A stretch of 54,714 nt of DNA from Sediminibacterium ginsengisoli (GTDB taxonomy: Bacteria; Bacteroidota; Bacteroidia; Chitinophagales; Chitinophagaceae): NCBI GenBank assembly GCA_943324415.2, contig CALPLN020000001.1:1-54714 (forward strand), in the 5' to 3' direction. The position numbers and the translations under genes were made by a program. This document shows, piece after piece, positions 28,895 to 38,559 of this stretch. Positions within the stretch are counted from its first letter, which is position 1; the number at the start of each line of letters is the position of its first letter. The notes under the pieces were generated by a model, which saw only the letters and a program-made list of their open reading frames with translations, did no database searches and had not been told where the DNA came from.

Positions 28895-30412
28895 ATGTCA
28901 AAAAAAGTAATATTAGTGATCATGGATGGTTGGGGATTGGGTCAGGTTTCAAAGGCAGACGCAATACAACATGCGCATGTTCCTTTTGTAACGAGTCTCT
29001 ACCAACAATACCCTAATACTACTTTAGTGACTTGTGGAGAGGAAGTTGGATTGCCAGAAGGACAAATGGGCAATAGTGAAGTAGGCCACTTAAATTTAGG
29101 TGCAGGCCGTATCGTATACCAAGAATTACAAAGAATCAATGTCGCTATCAAAACAGGCGAATTCGCTAGTAACCCCACATTGATTCAATCTATCCGTTAT
29201 GCAAAGGACAATCATAAGCCATTGCATTTAATTGGCTTAGTGAGTGATGGCGGCGTACATGCACACACAACACATTTAAAAGCATTATGTGATTTATGTA
29301 AGTCGGAAGGATTGACCAATGTCTTTATCCACGCATTCACAGATGGTCGTGATACCGATCCAAAGAGTGGACAATGCTATGTGGAATCATTAGAATCCCA
29401 TTTGAAAAATTCAGTAGGTAAAATAGCAAGCGTGAGTGGAAGGTATTACGCGATGGATCGAGATAAGCGTTGGGAAAGGGTTCAATTGGCATACAATGCA
29501 TTGGTGAAAGGGGCTGGAAGTACCGCTATTAGTGCACTTGCTGCCATTCAAGAAAACTATGCCAAAGATATTACAGATGAATTTATTTTACCAACTGTGA
29601 TTACGGAAAACGGACAACCGATTGCGAGAATTCAAGATGGAGATGCAGTCATCTGTTTTAATTTTAGAACAGATCGTTGTAGAGAAATTACAGAAGTCTT
29701 AACTCAAAAAGATTTCCCTGAATTAGATATGCATGCATTGAAATTGCATTACACGACAATGACCAAATATGATGAGACATTTAAAAATGTGCATGTGGTA
29801 TTTGAAAACGATAATTTAGAAAATACTTTGGGAGAAGTATTGGCGAGAAATAATAAAAAACAAATTCGTATTGCAGAAACAGAAAAGTATCCCCATGTTA
29901 CTTTCTTTTTTAGCGGAGGTAGAGAACAACCATTTGAAGGTGAATCAAGAATCATGGCAGCTTCTCCTAAAGTAGCGACTTATGATTTACAACCAGAGAT
30001 GAGCGCATTTGAATTAACTGAAAAAATTCTGCCCGAAATCAATGCCGGCAACCCTGACTTTATCTGTCTCAACTATGCCAATGCGGATATGGTAGGCCAT
30101 ACTGGTGTATTTAGCGCAGTAGTAAAAGCAGTTGAAACAGTAGACACCTGTGTCGAAAAAGTAGTGACTGCAGGATTGAACAATGGCTATACTATCTTTC
30201 TGACAGCTGATCATGGCAATGCTGATTTCATGATGAACGAAGATGGTAGCCCCAACACGGCGCACTCCTTAAACTTAGTTCCCTTCTTTATTATAGATAA
30301 GGACTGGAAAGGCAGCATACAAAAAGGCAAATTAGGCGATCTTGCTCCAACGATATTACACATGATGGATTTGCCAATTCCAAAAGAGATGACTGGAACT
30401 GTATTAATCTAA
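28895..30412 (+). CDS. gpmI: 2,3-bisphosphoglycerate-independent phosphoglycerate mutase
   Basis: MDGWG, GQMGNSEVGH, GRYYAMDRD, AETEKYPHVT, DMVGHTG, ADHGN. Confidence 0.98.
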   Translation: MSKKVILVIMDGWGLGQVSKADAIQHAHVPFVTSLYQQYPNTTLVTCGEEVGLPEGQMGNSEVGHLNLGAGRIVYQELQRINVAIKTGEFASNPTLIQSIRYAKDNHKPLHLIGLVSDGGVHAHTTHLKALCDLCKSEGLTNVFIHAFTDGRDTDPKSGQCYVESLESHLKNSVGKIASVSGRYYAMDRDKRWERVQLAYNALVKGAGSTAISALAAIQENYAKDITDEFILPTVITENGQPIARIQDGDAVICFNFRTDRCREITEVLTQKDFPELDMHALKLHYTTMTKYDETFKNVHVVFENDNLENTLGEVLARNNKKQIRIAETEKYPHVTFFFSGGREQPFEGESRIMAASPKVATYDLQPEMSAFELTEKILPEINAGNPDFICLNYANADMVGHTGVFSAVVKAVETVDTCVEKVVTAGLNNGYTIFLTADHGNADFMMNEDGSPNTAHSLNLVPFFIIDKDWKGSIQKGKLGDLAPTILHMMDLPIPKEMTGTVLI

Positions 30413-30442
30413 GCCACAAAGCATTCGCCCTTAAACTAACCA

Positions 30443-31087
30443 ATGAAAATACACAAAGCAACTTATTTAATATCGAGTCCTAATTACGACCAATGCCCTG
30501 TTTTACAAGCGCCAGAATATGCCTTTATTGGTAGAAGTAATGTAGGCAAGTCCTCCATTATCAACGCTATTTGTGGCCAAAAGGGTTTGGCTAAAACTTC
30601 TTCTGCTCCAGGTAAAACGCAATTGATTAACCATTTTGAAATCATCAGCAATGAAGTGGTGAAAGGGCGTCAAGAAAAATGGTATATCGTTGACTTACCA
30701 GGGTACGGCTATGCGAAAGTATCTCAAAGTAGTCGACGCAGATGGGAGCAAATGATTGAGAACTATTTACGAAAAAGACCCAACCTAGTTCGTGTTTTTG
30801 TATTAATTGATTCTAGACATAGTCCACAAAAAATCGACCTTGAATTCGTGGAACAACTGTTTCAATGGGAGATTCCCTACACCCTTATTTTTACCAAATC
30901 TGACAAAGAAAAGCCAGGTGTTGTGAAGCGTAATGTGGAAGCTTTTTTTGACAGATTAAAAACCTTATTGCCCTTTTTACCAGAAGGTTTTGTGACCAGT
31001 GCAGAGAAAAAACTAGGTACCGAAGAAGTACTTGACTGCATCGCACGTTACAATTTACTTTCCAACGAAGACAAAGCATCTAAATAA
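30443..31087 (+). CDS. engB: Ribosome biogenesis GTPase YihA/YsxC
   Basis: GRSNVGKSS, PGKTQLIN, DLPGYG, TKSDK. Confidence 0.96.
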   Translation: MKIHKATYLISSPNYDQCPVLQAPEYAFIGRSNVGKSSIINAICGQKGLAKTSSAPGKTQLINHFEIISNEVVKGRQEKWYIVDLPGYGYAKVSQSSRRRWEQMIENYLRKRPNLVRVFVLIDSRHSPQKIDLEFVEQLFQWEIPYTLIFTKSDKEKPGVVKRNVEAFFDRLKTLLPFLPEGFVTSAEKKLGTEEVLDCIARYNLLSNEDKASK

Positions 31088-31088
31088 T

Positions 31089-32852
31089 ATGAAAATCCTT
31101 ATCCAATACATTAAGCCTTTCAAAGGCTTAGTTTTTTTAGCATTTATCCTTGCAGCAATCAACCAAACATTTTCTTTATTTGACCCGATGATCTTTGGAA
31201 AGTTAATCGATGGTTTCGCTAAGAATCCTTTTTTAGATCCTTCTGGAACAGAGCGAACTCAAGCTATGTTTTTAAAAGGTGTTGGCAATATGTTATTGCT
31301 ATTAGTGGGTACCGCGATGGTGAGCAGAATTGCCAAAGCTTTCCAAGACTATATTGTAAACGTCATTATCCAAAAATTTGGCGCAGCATTGTTTACTGAT
31401 GGCCTAAGACATTCTATGCAATTGCCCTATCAAGCTTTTGAAGATCAAAGAAGCGGCGAAACCCTATCTATCCTTACCAAAGCTCGTACGGATTGTGAGA
31501 AATTCATTAGCTACGTAATCAATGTGGTATTTGGAATTGTTGTAAGCGTTGTTTTTGTTTCTGTTTATGCAACCCGTTTACATTGGTCTATCATCCCGAT
31601 CTATATTGGCGGCGCGAGTATGATTGCTTATGTCACGAATCTATTGAGCAAGAAAATCAAAGTCATCCAAAAAAATATTGTAAAAGAAACTACAAGCTTA
31701 GCAGGTACGACGACAGAGAGTTTAAGAAATATTGAATTGGTAAAAAGTCTTGGCTTAACCAATCAAGAAATCAATCGACTCAACAACAATACCTATAAAA
31801 TATTGGCACTTGAATTAAAGAAAGTGAAAAATATTCGTTCTTTAAGTTTCATACAAGGCACGATGGTGAATGCATTGAGACAAGTGATTACGTTTACCTT
31901 AATGTGGTTGATCTTTAAAGAAATTTTAACGGTGGGTCAGTTGATCTCATTACAATTTTATAGCTTCTTTATATTTGGACCATTGCAAGAGATTGGAAGT
32001 ATTATCATGAGTTATAGAGAAACTGAAGCTTCTTTGAACAACTTTGATGCATTGATGAAAAAACCAATTGATACCCCTCCAGCGAATCCAATTGCGGTTG
32101 GTGAAATTGAACAACTAGCCTTTAAACAAGTTGGATTCCAACATCAAACTGCGAATTTTAAAGCCATCGATCAAATTAGTTTTGAAGCGAAAAAAGGAGA
32201 GACCATTGCATTTGTTGGTCCATCTGGCGCAGGTAAAAGCACATTGGTAAAATTACTTGTAGGCTTATATGAACCACAAGAAGGTGAGATCTTAATGAAT
32301 GGAGTCAATACCGCTCAAATTGATATGAGTGCGCTTAGAAATCAAATTAGCTTTGTCACACAGGATACGCAGCTTTTTGCTGGGACCATTCGTGAAAACT
32401 TAGCCTTCGTAGCACCCAACGCAAGCGAAGAGGAAATGCTATTGGCTTTAACCAAAGCGAGTTGTGCGAATATTTTAGACAAAGGCGGCAATGGCTTAGC
32501 TACCGTCATTGGTGAAGGGGGTTTAAAATTAAGTGGTGGTGAAAAACAAAGGCTTTCTATTGCCAGAGCATTACTAAGACATCCTCACCTATTGATATTT
32601 GATGAAGCCACTTCGTCTTTAGATAGCTTAACCGAAGAGTCTATCACAGATACCATTCGTGACTTGTCTAAAGAAAGAGAACAAATTACCATTATGATTG
32701 CGCACCGACTTAGTACGATCATTCATGCAACAAGAATATACGTGTTAGAGAAAGGGACCGTCATAGAATCCGGTAATCACCAAAGCTTATTAGAAGAAAA
32801 AGGTTTGTACTACGCTATGTGGAGACAACAAATTGGAGAACGTAAAGGGTAA
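31089..32852 (+). CDS. ABC exporter, fused permease/ATPase
   Basis: TM domain; GPSGAGKST, LSGGEKQR, FDEATSSLD, IAHRLST. Start set at the ATG 1 nt after the engB stop. Confidence 0.93.
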   Translation: MKILIQYIKPFKGLVFLAFILAAINQTFSLFDPMIFGKLIDGFAKNPFLDPSGTERTQAMFLKGVGNMLLLLVGTAMVSRIAKAFQDYIVNVIIQKFGAALFTDGLRHSMQLPYQAFEDQRSGETLSILTKARTDCEKFISYVINVVFGIVVSVVFVSVYATRLHWSIIPIYIGGASMIAYVTNLLSKKIKVIQKNIVKETTSLAGTTTESLRNIELVKSLGLTNQEINRLNNNTYKILALELKKVKNIRSLSFIQGTMVNALRQVITFTLMWLIFKEILTVGQLISLQFYSFFIFGPLQEIGSIIMSYRETEASLNNFDALMKKPIDTPPANPIAVGEIEQLAFKQVGFQHQTANFKAIDQISFEAKKGETIAFVGPSGAGKSTLVKLLVGLYEPQEGEILMNGVNTAQIDMSALRNQISFVTQDTQLFAGTIRENLAFVAPNASEEEMLLALTKASCANILDKGGNGLATVIGEGGLKLSGGEKQRLSIARALLRHPHLLIFDEATSSLDSLTEESITDTIRDLSKEREQITIMIAHRLSTIIHATRIYVLEKGTVIESGNHQSLLEEKGLYYAMWRQQIGERKG

Positions 32853-32869
32853 TATAAAAGCAACCGCAT

Positions 32870-33319
32870 TTACTTTTCTTCTCTTTCGAATTTCTTTTTA
32901 AGGTATTCTATCACAGAAGGATCTTCTAATCCTTCCATATCACTTAATTCCAATTCGATTGCTTTTGTGCTTAATCGAATTTCAATCAAGGAAAAAAAGA
33001 TAGATACTGAAAAGGCGATCAAACTTACAGCAAAAATAAATTTTGCAATTCCTTGATATTGAATGAAAATGAAAAACATAGAAAGCAAGGATAGCAACAA
33101 AGCCGCAACCCCATAAGTTTGCATTCTTTGAATTAACTTAATTCTGTATTTAAGGTTCTTAATTTGACCAAATATCACCAGTCGTTGTTCCTGTTGTTGA
33201 TACTTATCGTGTAAAACCCTTACACGGTTAGACAATGCTAAAAAACGATTGGTATAGGCCAGCATAATCAGACTGATGGCCGGAAATAATAAAGCCGGGA
33301 TATTAACTGATAGTTCCAT
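32870..33319 (-). CDS. DUF2721 membrane protein
   Basis: PALLFPAISLIMLAYTNRF...EIRLST; start reassigned to the ATG at 33319. Confidence 0.8.
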   Translation of the reverse strand: MELSVNIPALLFPAISLIMLAYTNRFLALSNRVRVLHDKYQQQEQRLVIFGQIKNLKYRIKLIQRMQTYGVAALLLSLLSMFFIFIQYQGIAKFIFAVSLIAFSVSIFFSLIEIRLSTKAIELELSDMEGLEDPSVIEYLKKKFEREEK

Positions 33320-33365
33320 GTTATAAAAATAGTTAAAATAAACCGGTATTTTTGCATCCACCCTT

Positions 33366-35174
33366 ATGGAGAAAGAACAGTTCAAGAAAATACAACCAAG
33401 CATCCCGCAAGAACCTGGCATTTATCAATATTTTGATGATAAAGGCAAACTATTGTACGTTGGTAAAGCAAAACATTTAAGAAACCGTGTAAGCTCTTAT
33501 TTTCTTTCCAATCAACATAGCTTGAAAACCATTGAGCTAGTTCAACGCATTAGTGAGATCAAATACACCATCGTCAATTCAGAGCACGATGCCTTTATTT
33601 TAGAGAACGAGCTCATTAAGAACTACCAACCTAAATACAATATCAATTTAAAGGATGACAAAACCTATCCTTATATCGTCATTAAAAAAGAGGCGTTTCC
33701 AAGGGTCTTTTTAACAAGGCGAAAAATAAAAGATGGCTCCACTTATATTGGCCCCTTTACCCATGTATTTGCCGTGCGAGAATTGATCAATCACATTAAA
33801 GAAACGATTCCATTAAGAACTTGCACCCTACCACTTACACCAAAAAATATTCAACAAGGCAGGTTTAAAGTTTGTCTGGAATATCATTTAGGCAATTGCA
33901 AAGGGCCTTGCCAGGGATTTCAGACAGAGCAAGATTATGCAGCATCCATTGACCAGGTGAAACATTTACTAAAAGGAAATGTAAAACCATTGGTGCAAAA
34001 CCTCAAAGAAAAAATGCTTGCCGAAGCAACTGAGCTTGCTTTTGAAAAAGCCAACGAGACCAAGAAAAAGATAGACGAACTTGAACGCTATCAAACTAAA
34101 TCAGAGATATTAACGAAGCAACAAGAAGCCATGGATGTCTTTAGTGTGGCCATGGAGGAAGATCAAGCTTATGTAAATTACCTGATGTTGCAAGAGGGGC
34201 GAATTGTACAGACACATATGTTACCGCTTAGTATTCCTTTGGAAGAGTCTAAAGAAACAGTGCTCGCATTTGCAATACATTATTTTAGGACCCAGCTCGA
34301 ATCGGAAGCAAAAGAAATTATCGTACCCGTTGAGCCTTTTGAAAAAGAAAAAGGCGTTAAATATACTGTTCCAAAACTGGGAGAGAAATTACAATTATTG
34401 GCACTGTCTCAAAAGAACGTAGACTATGCTTTAAAGGATTGGAAACATAGGCAAGCTTTGGTTAAAGTAAGCGAGACTGCACCAGTGAATGAAGTATTGA
34501 TTGAATTAAAGCAATTGCTTTCTTTACCTGCAGTTCCAAACCATATAGAATGTTTTGATAACTCAAATTTTCAAGGGGCCTACCCTGTTTCAGCCATGGT
34601 CTGTTTTAAAAATGGTATCCCTAGTAAATCAGATTACCGCAAATTCAATATTAAGACGGTGGTGGGCATCAATGACTTTGCCAGTATGCACGAAACCGTT
34701 TTAAGGCGTTATAGCTCCGTCTTGCAGAAAAAACAACCACTTCCTCAGTTGATCATCATTGATGGCGGCAAAGGGCAATTAAACGCCGCGCTGGATGCTT
34801 TAAAGGAATTGGGCATACAAGACAAAGTGACCACTGTAGGTTTAGCTAAAAATATTGAAGAATTGTTCTTCCCTGGAGATACCAGTTCCATCTTATTAAA
34901 CTGGAATAGTCCTGCACATAATTTAGTGCGCAATATCAGAGACGAAGTACACCGTTTTGGTATTACTTTTCATAGAGCCCAAAGATCCAAAGGTGCGCTA
35001 GAGAATAGCTTAGATCATATAGAAGGGATTGGTCCAAAAACAAAAGACACTTTATTGACCTATTTCAAATCGGTCAGTAAAATAAAAAGTGCCAACCCAA
35101 GCATATTAACTGAACTCATTGGCGCTGCAAAAACGAATATATTATTGACTGCTTTTGAAAAAGAAAAGAAATAA
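33366..35174 (+). CDS. uvrC: Excinuclease ABC subunit C
   Basis: GIY...YVGKAK GIY-YIG domain, ECFDNS, IDGGKGQ, RDEVHRF, HhH GIGPK; TATTTTTG at 33347-33354. Confidence 0.97.
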   Translation: MEKEQFKKIQPSIPQEPGIYQYFDDKGKLLYVGKAKHLRNRVSSYFLSNQHSLKTIELVQRISEIKYTIVNSEHDAFILENELIKNYQPKYNINLKDDKTYPYIVIKKEAFPRVFLTRRKIKDGSTYIGPFTHVFAVRELINHIKETIPLRTCTLPLTPKNIQQGRFKVCLEYHLGNCKGPCQGFQTEQDYAASIDQVKHLLKGNVKPLVQNLKEKMLAEATELAFEKANETKKKIDELERYQTKSEILTKQQEAMDVFSVAMEEDQAYVNYLMLQEGRIVQTHMLPLSIPLEESKETVLAFAIHYFRTQLESEAKEIIVPVEPFEKEKGVKYTVPKLGEKLQLLALSQKNVDYALKDWKHRQALVKVSETAPVNEVLIELKQLLSLPAVPNHIECFDNSNFQGAYPVSAMVCFKNGIPSKSDYRKFNIKTVVGINDFASMHETVLRRYSSVLQKKQPLPQLIIIDGGKGQLNAALDALKELGIQDKVTTVGLAKNIEELFFPGDTSSILLNWNSPAHNLVRNIRDEVHRFGITFHRAQRSKGALENSLDHIEGIGPKTKDTLLTYFKSVSKIKSANPSILTELIGAAKTNILLTAFEKEKK

Positions 35175-35202
35175 GCAACAAGCGTGTTTTAAATAGCCCC
35201 TA

Positions 35203-35238
35203 ATAAAAAATGCGACATCGGAATGTCGCATTTTTTAT
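35203..35238. terminator. Bidirectional terminator between uvrC and gldN
   Basis: ATAAAAAATGCGACAT-CGGA-ATGTCGCATTTTTTAT perfect inverted repeat. Confidence 0.9.
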
Positions 35239-35255
35239 ATCTAAAAGTCCTTAGG

Positions 35256-36308
35256 TTAATAAACCCAACGGTCTTGTTCGAAATCAAATATCTTTTGCTT
35301 GATCTTTTCACCTTCTTGTAAACGCTTGATCGGATCTTTAAACAATGCGTTCAACATCTTATCATTGTAGTTGTCTAAAGTAGACTTCACTACATAGCCA
35401 TTGAAATATCGACTTTCAAATAATTCCTCCCATGTAATACGGCTAGAGATATTTCTTGGATTGTACACTTCGGCTTTTGCTAAACTAGTTCTTAGTTCAG
35501 GATAATAGACCCAGAACAACGGACGCTTCACTACTTTATTGCCAATCTGAATAGCAGCGATTGGAGCGATTCCAATGATTCTGCTATACATTCTACTTGT
35601 CTTACTATCAAATATCCATTGCTCCTTTAATCTAAATGTATAAATAGAATCTGGATTGGGCGCCAAATTGGTATTATAAATGATACTGGTGTCATATACA
35701 TTTGGATCCAATACATTCTGAACCAACTGCGTGTCTAAACTTCCTTTCAAAGAAGCATTGACTTCGTCTAAGCTCAATGGTGTGGTAAATCGATCATCCA
35801 CGGTTGAGAAAGGAACAACGCCGTCTTTTTCTATCGCACGCAATAACACAGCAAAGAAACGCTGATCCCCATTTTCGTCATAGGATTGATACATGAATGT
35901 TCTATTGATTTTTTCTCTCGCATCAATTTCTTCCCAAACAAACTCACTAAATAACGCATCTTCCTCTCTTAAATTTTCATACGGCAATGGCACTCTCTCT
36001 TTAACCCCTTTTCTTGAATTGGTTTCAGAGAAAAATGCATAACCGTTTCTTAAACTTCTTTTATTATTGGCGTTAAATCCACCTACTACAGTGGTGTCAA
36101 TATTTTTAGTTGGCTTCACATCAGAAACAGTCGGGGCTGCTACAACTTGATTGTTCGCCAAAGGCTTGGTCACAGGTTTTGTAATCACCGTATCTTTAGT
36201 AACAGGTGTTGTTTTCTTTTTAGATCCATAAGAAAACTGAGCAGTCGCAGATAAGGTCATTGCCAAAGAGGCAAGAACCATGCAGCTTGTTTTCATTGTT
36301 ATTTTCAT
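35256..36308 (-). CDS. gldN: T9SS/gliding ring protein GldN/PorN
   Basis: PLPYENLREED, VWEEID.REKIN, KEQWIFD, RIIGIAP, LFWVYYPELR. Start uncertain (36308 or 36296). Confidence 0.92.
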   Translation of the reverse strand: MKITMKTSCMVLASLAMTLSATAQFSYGSKKKTTPVTKDTVITKPVTKPLANNQVVAAPTVSDVKPTKNIDTTVVGGFNANNKRSLRNGYAFFSETNSRKGVKERVPLPYENLREEDALFSEFVWEEIDAREKINRTFMYQSYDENGDQRFFAVLLRAIEKDGVVPFSTVDDRFTTPLSLDEVNASLKGSLDTQLVQNVLDPNVYDTSIIYNTNLAPNPDSIYTFRLKEQWIFDSKTSRMYSRIIGIAPIAAIQIGNKVVKRPLFWVYYPELRTSLAKAEVYNPRNISSRITWEELFESRYFNGYVVKSTLDNYNDKMLNALFKDPIKRLQEGEKIKQKIFDFEQDRWVY

Positions 36309-36364
36309 AAAATACCCTTTTATTAATTTCAAATCGACTTTACAATTCAATTTAGGAAGATCCC

Positions 36365-37915
36365 TTATTGCAGAATAAAAGTGATTGTTTGATCTAATTT
36401 TCTTGATCCTCCACCTGGCTCTGACACTTTAATCTCTCCAATTGTTACGGTTGTTCCAGGTTGACATTTTCTAATTAAAGAAGTGGCCCCACCAGAAAAA
36501 GCTGGACCATTCACCTCTGCAAAATCAGGCTCATCAAATCCTTTGCCAGTAGCAATAACGATATAGGAAAGGATATTGAACTTTACGCCTTCAAAAACGA
36601 AATCTCTTAAATCTGCAATGACACCACCCTGCGCTCTAAACTTAGCAGCAGCCATATTGCCTCCAGCACTTCCTCCCACAATCGCAATTGGATCTGGAAT
36701 TCGCTTCACAGGAATCGCTAGTTTTTGTGTTTGCTTGCCATCATTGACAGTCACCACTGCAGTTCCAGTTTGCGAACATGTCACTACATATTGTCCAGAA
36801 CCCGCTTTCCTAATATTTGCACCTGCACCTTCTACAGTCACATTGATTTTTTCTCCACCACCTCCACCAGTAATACTTAATGGATTCTCTAAGCCCTTAT
36901 AAAATACCCTTGTTTTGTCTGTAGATACCACCAATCCAGATGGGGTGCCAACCGTGAACTGTACGTCTTTTTCTACCACAGCAGTTTCACCATTTGGTTT
37001 TAAGAAAGAGATACGAACACGCTTTCTTTGAATTCCAGGTGTAGCACCTGCAACAGATTTATACACTGCAGATCCATCAGCTGCAACAGGAACCACTACC
37101 CCATCAATTGAAATAGTTGGTTTTGCCGCACTACTAAATGCACCAACGCCAGCAGTGATGACCAATTCCTCTCCTGACATTAAGTACTGAGAATTGGATG
37201 CAGCAAATGCATTGAATTGATCATATACCAATTCTACTTCGCCGATTTCTTTATGACAATACTCGACTACCTGTGCTTCTGTATTGCGAATGTCATTTTG
37301 AAATTTTGTCAAAATGGTAATTGCCGCAATTGTTGGTGTCATATTAAAATAAGCATATGCCCAATCATTTTTTGCAGCCAAATTATTAGAAGTTGGAATA
37401 GATAAATCTAATGATACAGTTGGGATCACCTCTTTTTCAATAGCAGGATCAATCGCAGCTAAATCTTGTTTGAATTGTTTTAATTTATTAAACAACTCTT
37501 CTCCTTTAGATAATCCAGACTTTTTATTTAAAAACAATCTTGTGGTTGCATCTAAATCATCTTCTTTAAACGTCTCTTTTCCGTCTTTAATTTCCAAACC
37601 TGCTTCTTCCTTTAACGCTAATTTCAAAGATTCAACATAAGCATACATTTCGTCTGCCATTGTCTTCACCTTATTGGCCTTTGGTGCCCAGATAGCAGCT
37701 TTCTCGGCGGTCTTTGGATCATTCAACTTGGACTCCAAAGATTTATAAATATCTTGATTCTTCTTTTGAATAATTACATTCGCATTCGTCAAACTTTGAT
37801 CAATTGTCTTGAATGCATTTAAAATCTCGCTAGATACATTCAATGCCAAGAGCGCAGTCAACACCAAGTACATGATGTTAATCATTTTCTGCCTTGGTTC
37901 TTTAGGTAACGACAT
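36365..37915 (-). CDS. gldM: T9SS/gliding motor rotor GldM/PorM
   Basis: PRQKMINIMYLVLTALLALNVSSEIL; YKGLENP. Confidence 0.96.
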   Translation of the reverse strand: MSLPKEPRQKMINIMYLVLTALLALNVSSEILNAFKTIDQSLTNANVIIQKKNQDIYKSLESKLNDPKTAEKAAIWAPKANKVKTMADEMYAYVESLKLALKEEAGLEIKDGKETFKEDDLDATTRLFLNKKSGLSKGEELFNKLKQFKQDLAAIDPAIEKEVIPTVSLDLSIPTSNNLAAKNDWAYAYFNMTPTIAAITILTKFQNDIRNTEAQVVEYCHKEIGEVELVYDQFNAFAASNSQYLMSGEELVITAGVGAFSSAAKPTISIDGVVVPVAADGSAVYKSVAGATPGIQRKRVRISFLKPNGETAVVEKDVQFTVGTPSGLVVSTDKTRVFYKGLENPLSITGGGGGEKINVTVEGAGANIRKAGSGQYVVTCSQTGTAVVTVNDGKQTQKLAIPVKRIPDPIAIVGGSAGGNMAAAKFRAQGGVIADLRDFVFEGVKFNILSYIVIATGKGFDEPDFAEVNGPAFSGGATSLIRKCQPGTTVTIGEIKVSEPGGGSRKLDQTITFILQ

Positions 37916-37972
37916 TTACGCTATATTTTATTAAGTGAATTAAAATTATTTGAGTCAACACAACTCTTGTGC

Positions 37973-38509
37973 TTATTTTCCTTGCATTGCATGGATCATC
38001 TTGCTATACACTTGATTCAATTGAGTCAAGTTATCAGCTAATTGTGTCATTTGCTCTTTTGTTCTTGCTGCTTCATTCACTGTAGAACTCATCGCAGTAG
38101 ACATATCTTTTAAACTACCATAAAAATGATTCATCTCTTCGATCGTCTTACTCATAGACAAGAATTGATTGTTCAAATTCTTTAGTCCTTCTGTAGAGCT
38201 ATTGATGGTACCCAAATTGTTAGACACCTCTTGCACTGTTTTTTGAACACTATTTAACGCATGAACCAATTCAGTTGCATCTACTTTGCCGCCACCCATT
38301 GCACTGCCACCATGGTCTACTGGAGGAGGAGGTAAGAACGCATAAATGACAAATATTCCAGCCTCTGTCAACAAGCCCACTATCAACGCCCAATCGGCCC
38401 AAGATAAGTGGATGATTTTAGCCAATGCTCCAAGGATTACAACAGCAGCACCTAAAGAGATGATGACGTTTACGATCTTATTTGTTCTTTCTGAAATTGT
38501 CTTTGCCAT
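37973..38509 (-). CDS. gldL: T9SS/gliding motor stator GldL/PorL (short form)
   Basis: LGAAVVILGALAKIIH, GLLTEA, NLTQLNQVYSKMIHAM. Confidence 0.93.
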   Translation of the reverse strand: MAKTISERTNKIVNVIISLGAAVVILGALAKIIHLSWADWALIVGLLTEAGIFVIYAFLPPPPVDHGGSAMGGGKVDATELVHALNSVQKTVQEVSNNLGTINSSTEGLKNLNNQFLSMSKTIEEMNHFYGSLKDMSTAMSSTVNEAARTKEQMTQLADNLTQLNQVYSKMIHAMQGK

Positions 38510-38559
38510 TAGGAAAATTTATAAAATTAAAAGTTTGTTGATTGTTTGTATTGACCAGT

